Origin: Bdellovibrionales bacterium
Lineage (GTDB): Bacteria > Bdellovibrionota > Bdellovibrionia > Bdellovibrionales > JAGQZY01
Length of the DNA stretch: 64,000 nucleotides
Direction of reading: 5' to 3'
Assembly: GCA_964230645.1 (NCBI GenBank)
Contig: CAXRHT010000001.1
Location: forward strand, 608,001-672,000
This document shows, in pieces, positions 60,545-64,000 of the stretch. The notes beneath the pieces are model-generated. The model made no database searches, was not told the DNA's origin, and was given only the letters and a program-made list of their open reading frames with translations. Every line of letters begins with the position of its first letter. Positions within the stretch are counted from its first letter, which is position 1. Made by a program: the position numbers and the translations under genes.

Positions 60545-61399
60545 TTAATTTAAAGAGTGCACATAGCGGGTGAGCACATCAAGACTGAAGATCTCCACGA
60601 ACTCTTCACCAAATGTGAAAGGAGCGCGAAAGCGAATATCAGTGCCTCGAGTGTATTCAAAGGGAGCCGATAGGATTTGGTTAGGATTATTGGGATCACT
60701 AAAAATAATTTTTTGTTTTTCTAAGTCAAAACCCAGTAGCACCATGGCGTGATAGTTTTCTCTTGAGAGACTTCCCCCCTCCACTGGATGCACCACCATA
60801 ATGCCGATGGAATCACCCCGAAGGTATCTCTGAATTCGATAAGGATAAAACTCAGAAGTGTAGCGGGCCACACTCAGACTTATTTCCTCAAAGGGATTAT
60901 TGAAAAAAAAGATATTTTTTAATTCTTGCCAACGCTGAGACACGATATCGGTGAGAATTGGAACATTGGCTCCAAGCCTTGCATCACGCCCTGTTGCAGC
61001 CTCATACCAATCGACCAACTGTTCTGTGGCATAGGGGGCACCGTGATAAATTTCCAAAAAATTTTCCTCTGTGGCCATCATGGCACCAAGGACATTGGTA
61101 ATAGAAGCTGAGGCGCACAGCCCGCCGTTGGGCACAAGGAGTCCCAGGTGACCGAGCCCCTCCTCGGATTGTTGCAGGAGCTTATCTCTGACAGCGTACT
61201 CCACAAAAACCCTTGAAGTGGTGTTTTCCGGAAAATCGTCCAAAGACAGCCCAAGTGGAAGAGCGGCCACGGAGGCCCGTTGTGGCATCGATGCTTCTGG
61301 AAAAGTTCTAAACACTTCACGACAAAGATTGGCTGAGCTCACACTTGAAATCAGCCATAATGCAAGAAGAAGGCCTAGAGGTCGGAAATTTGATAACAT
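60545..61399 (-). CDS. Secreted protein, probable papain-fold (C39-like) cysteine peptidase
   Basis: Signal peptide; GGLCASAS, YHAMVLLGFD, IIFSDPN. Confidence 0.55.
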   Translation of the reverse strand: MLSNFRPLGLLLALWLISSVSSANLCREVFRTFPEASMPQRASVAALPLGLSLDDFPENTTSRVFVEYAVRDKLLQQSEEGLGHLGLLVPNGGLCASASITNVLGAMMATEENFLEIYHGAPYATEQLVDWYEAATGRDARLGANVPILTDIVSQRWQELKNIFFFNNPFEEISLSVARYTSEFYPYRIQRYLRGDSIGIMVVHPVEGGSLSRENYHAMVLLGFDLEKQKIIFSDPNNPNQILSAPFEYTRGTDIRFRAPFTFGEEFVEIFSLDVLTRYVHSLN

Positions 61400-61411
61400 A
61401 GTTATTTTTTG

Positions 61412-61427
61412 TGCAATATAAGTGCCC
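61412..61427 (-). promoter_or_regulatory. Sigma-54-type promoter
   Basis: GGGCACTTATATTGCA = GG-N10-GC, near consensus. Confidence 0.6.
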
Positions 61428-61475
61428 GCTCCTTCTCACCTTGCCAATTTTCTTATTCAGAGAGAGAATCTCTCC

Positions 61476-62399
61476 ATGTCAGCCATCTTAGAAATCAAAA
61501 ATGTATCCAAGGTCTACCAGGGTGGGTTTCAAGCTCTTAAGGACATCAATTTGGAAATCAAAAAAGGGGAGATTTTTGCCCTTCTTGGCCCTAATGGCGC
61601 TGGGAAAACCACCCTGATCAACTCTATCTGTGGTTTGGTCAATCCTACAACAGGCACAATTAAAGTGGATGGATTCGATCATCAAAAAGATTTTAGGAAA
61701 GCCAGAAATTTAATCGGTCTTGTGCCACAGGAGCTCACTACCGATGCCTTTGAAAAAGTGCACGATACTGTCAGTTTTAGCCGTGGACTATTTGGCTATA
61801 AAAAAAATAAAGCCTATATCGATGAAATTCTGGATAAGCTTTCTCTAGGGGACAAGAAAAACAACAAATTATTTACTCTTTCTGGTGGTATGAAAAGGCG
61901 AGTGATGATTGCCAAAGCTCTAAGCCACGAACCTCAAATTCTCTTTCTTGATGAGCCCACCGCAGGTGTCGATGTGCAACTCAGAGAATCCATGTGGGAA
62001 CAAGTGAGTGAACTCAAAAATATGGGGGTCACTATTATATTAACCACTCATTATATTGAAGAGGCCGAGACAATGGCCGACCGGATCGGCATCATCAACA
62101 AAGGATCCCTTGTGCAAGTTGATGAAAAATCCTCTTTGATCGAAAAACTGGGGAAAAGAAAACTAGTGCTTACTCTTGAGACTGACCTCTCGTCAGAAAA
62201 TAAAAAAGACTTCGAAAATCAATTTGATGTTCACTGGGGAGACAAACAAATGATTTACGAATACAGCAGTCACTCTAAAAAACCCCAGATACCTAATCTT
62301 TTCAAAATGCTGGTCAAAAAAGACATCCCCTTTAAAGAAGTAGAAACTCAACAGAGCAGTCTACAAGATATTTTCGTGGATATTGTGAGGGAAAAATGA
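61476..62399 (+). CDS. ABC-2 transporter ATP-binding protein (YadG-like)
   Basis: [29 protein letters not shown]. Confidence 0.93.
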   Translation: MSAILEIKNVSKVYQGGFQALKDINLEIKKGEIFALLGPNGAGKTTLINSICGLVNPTTGTIKVDGFDHQKDFRKARNLIGLVPQELTTDAFEKVHDTVSFSRGLFGYKKNKAYIDEILDKLSLGDKKNNKLFTLSGGMKRRVMIAKALSHEPQILFLDEPTAGVDVQLRESMWEQVSELKNMGVTIILTTHYIEEAETMADRIGIINKGSLVQVDEKSSLIEKLGKRKLVLTLETDLSSENKKDFENQFDVHWGDKQMIYEYSSHSKKPQIPNLFKMLVKKDIPFKEVETQQSSLQDIFVDIVREK

Positions 62400-63157
62400 A
62401 TTACCGAGGTGCTTTAGCAATTTACAAGTTTGAAATGGCACGAATGTGGAGAACCCTTGGACAAAGTATCGCCTCCCCTGTTATTTCCACTTGCCTTTAC
62501 TTTGTGGTTTTTGGTTCAGCCCTTGGCTCAAGGATTAACGAAGTTGAGGGTATTGAATATGGATCTTTTATCGTTCCAGGGCTTGTTATGCTGACTGTGC
62601 TCACTCAGTGTATCTCCAACGCCTCGTTTGGAATTTATTTTCCAAAGTTTACCGGCACAATTTATGAAATCCTCTCAGCCCCCATTTCGGTGTTTGAAAT
62701 CGTTTTTGGTTACGTGGGAGCCGCGGCTTCAAAGTCCATTATCATTGCCACTGTGATCATGATCACCGCGACTTTTTTTGTAAAGCTTCAAATACTTCAT
62801 CCCTTGTGGATGCTCTTTTTTCTTTTTCTGACAGCTTTTACTTTTAGTCTTTTTGGATTCTTAATAGGAATATGGGCGGACGGATTTGAAAAGTTACAAA
62901 TATTTCCTTTGCTTGTTATTACACCGCTCACATTTTTGGGAGGCGCTTTTTATTCTATCCATATGCTCCCTCCCTTTTGGTACCAAGTTTCTCTCTTTAA
63001 CCCCATGGTTTATTTAATCAGTGGATTTCGCTGGTCTTTCTACGGACAGAGTGATGTCTCGGTTGGAATAAGCTTAGGTGTTATTGGAGTGGTTCTAAGT
63101 ATAACGGTCAGCCTGGTTTATTGGGTTTTCAAAACTGGTTACAAGCTTAAATCATAA
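62396..63157 (+). CDS. ABC-2 transporter permease (YadH-like)
   Basis: FIVPGL.M, PLTFLGG.FYS, NP..YLISGFR. Confidence 0.92.
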   Translation: MNYRGALAIYKFEMARMWRTLGQSIASPVISTCLYFVVFGSALGSRINEVEGIEYGSFIVPGLVMLTVLTQCISNASFGIYFPKFTGTIYEILSAPISVFEIVFGYVGAAASKSIIIATVIMITATFFVKLQILHPLWMLFFLFLTAFTFSLFGFLIGIWADGFEKLQIFPLLVITPLTFLGGAFYSIHMLPPFWYQVSLFNPMVYLISGFRWSFYGQSDVSVGISLGVIGVVLSITVSLVYWVFKTGYKLKS

Positions 63158-63997
63158 GAAATTGACAATTTCTTCTAGAAACACCTTGTATGATTCCTCC
63201 CCGAGTGTGGTTGGGTCAAAACACAAGTGATTGTAACGCCTAAAAGGTGCTTTTCTGTTATCAAGACTTTTAAACTTCCATTTTGTCTTTTTTAAAACCC
63301 AACGCTTAAGCTTCCAAAAACTTACCAATTCATCTCTGGGGTGAACTAAAACCAAAGCTTCAGAGTTCTTTGCAAGACTTTTATCTTTGAATTTATTTTG
63401 GGAGTAAATAGTAAAGAAGCTTGTGTAAATTTCTGCTGGCACCCCCATTTCATGATAGCGATACCTGGCTTCAAACTCTGGATTTCGGAGTGAAATAGAC
63501 GCCAAACGGTTGATGTGCGGTAAAAAGGGTTTAATAAGGGAGGTGTAACCGTGAAGTTTTAAGGCTGGGGCAATCAGTACCATTTTTTCAAAGGGGCATT
63601 CTTCAAAGTGATGCACTCCGATCAAGCCACCAAAGGAATAGCCCACAAAGAATATTTCGTCTCCGTACTTTTTTTTCAAATAATCATAGGCTTTCTTGTG
63701 AGCTTCAAGGTAGGATTCCGCACTCAGACTCCTATAATTTTCGTTACCGAAGTGTCCCGGTAAATGGAACAAGAAACAGCGAAAGCCCTCATCGTTGAGA
63801 TCTTTGAGCAAATACTTTAGAGCTTCTGGTTTTTGATTAAGACCATGAGCACATAATAGCACTTTCGAATTCTCAGTATGACTAGGAAGCTCCTCAAGAA
63901 AGGAGGGTTTGTTTAACTTGCTCTTTAAGGTCTCCAGACTCACTCCATTGGGGCCAATTGATATTTCCAACAAATAGACGAAGTATTTCTTCATCAC
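63152..63997 (-). CDS. Alpha/beta hydrolase (start may lie at or beyond the window edge)
   Basis: HG, LPGH, GYSFGG nucleophile elbow, Asp (RDE) and His (YNH). Confidence 0.85.
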   Translation of the reverse strand: MMKKYFVYLLEISIGPNGVSLETLKSKLNKPSFLEELPSHTENSKVLLCAHGLNQKPEALKYLLKDLNDEGFRCFLFHLPGHFGNENYRSLSAESYLEAHKKAYDYLKKKYGDEIFFVGYSFGGLIGVHHFEECPFEKMVLIAPALKLHGYTSLIKPFLPHINRLASISLRNPEFEARYRYHEMGVPAEIYTSFFTIYSQNKFKDKSLAKNSEALVLVHPRDELVSFWKLKRWVLKKTKWKFKSLDNRKAPFRRYNHLCFDPTTLGEESYKVFLEEIVNFL

Positions 63998-64000
63998 GAC

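Overview
Chromosomal window, probably from a Bdellovibrionota-like bacterium (inferred from gene content and protein style, not from a marker search). It is mostly core genes. From left to right: mevalonate genes (class II HMG-CoA reductase, partial; type 2 IDI) directly behind thrS-infC-rpmI-rplT; a six-gene alternative complex III (actABCDEF); system II cytochrome c maturation genes; a divergently split type II secretion cluster (gspC-D-E / gspF-G-H-I-J-K-L-M-N); ssb; an orphan pilin; a fatty-acid desaturase; amidase-rph-rdgB-prs-rplY-pth-ychF; oppABC; an ABC-2 transporter; and several secreted proteins. No rRNA, tRNA, CRISPR array, transposase or prophage gene was seen. Three signals stand out. 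(1) Two unlinked intergenic loci (~14.1 kb and ~41.2 kb) share one architecture: a sigma-54-type promoter, a GAUCCCA(A/U)AUCCCC motif and an intrinsic terminator with a CCCC loop. This suggests a family of C-rich small RNAs. (2) A 150-bp palindromic element with perfect 36-bp arms sits in frame in the cleavable leader of the GspJ prepilin. (3) A signal-peptide-bearing protein is built from two uracil-DNA-glycosylase-like domains and is preceded by a nested REP-like palindrome. All calls come from reading motifs by eye; no database searches were run.
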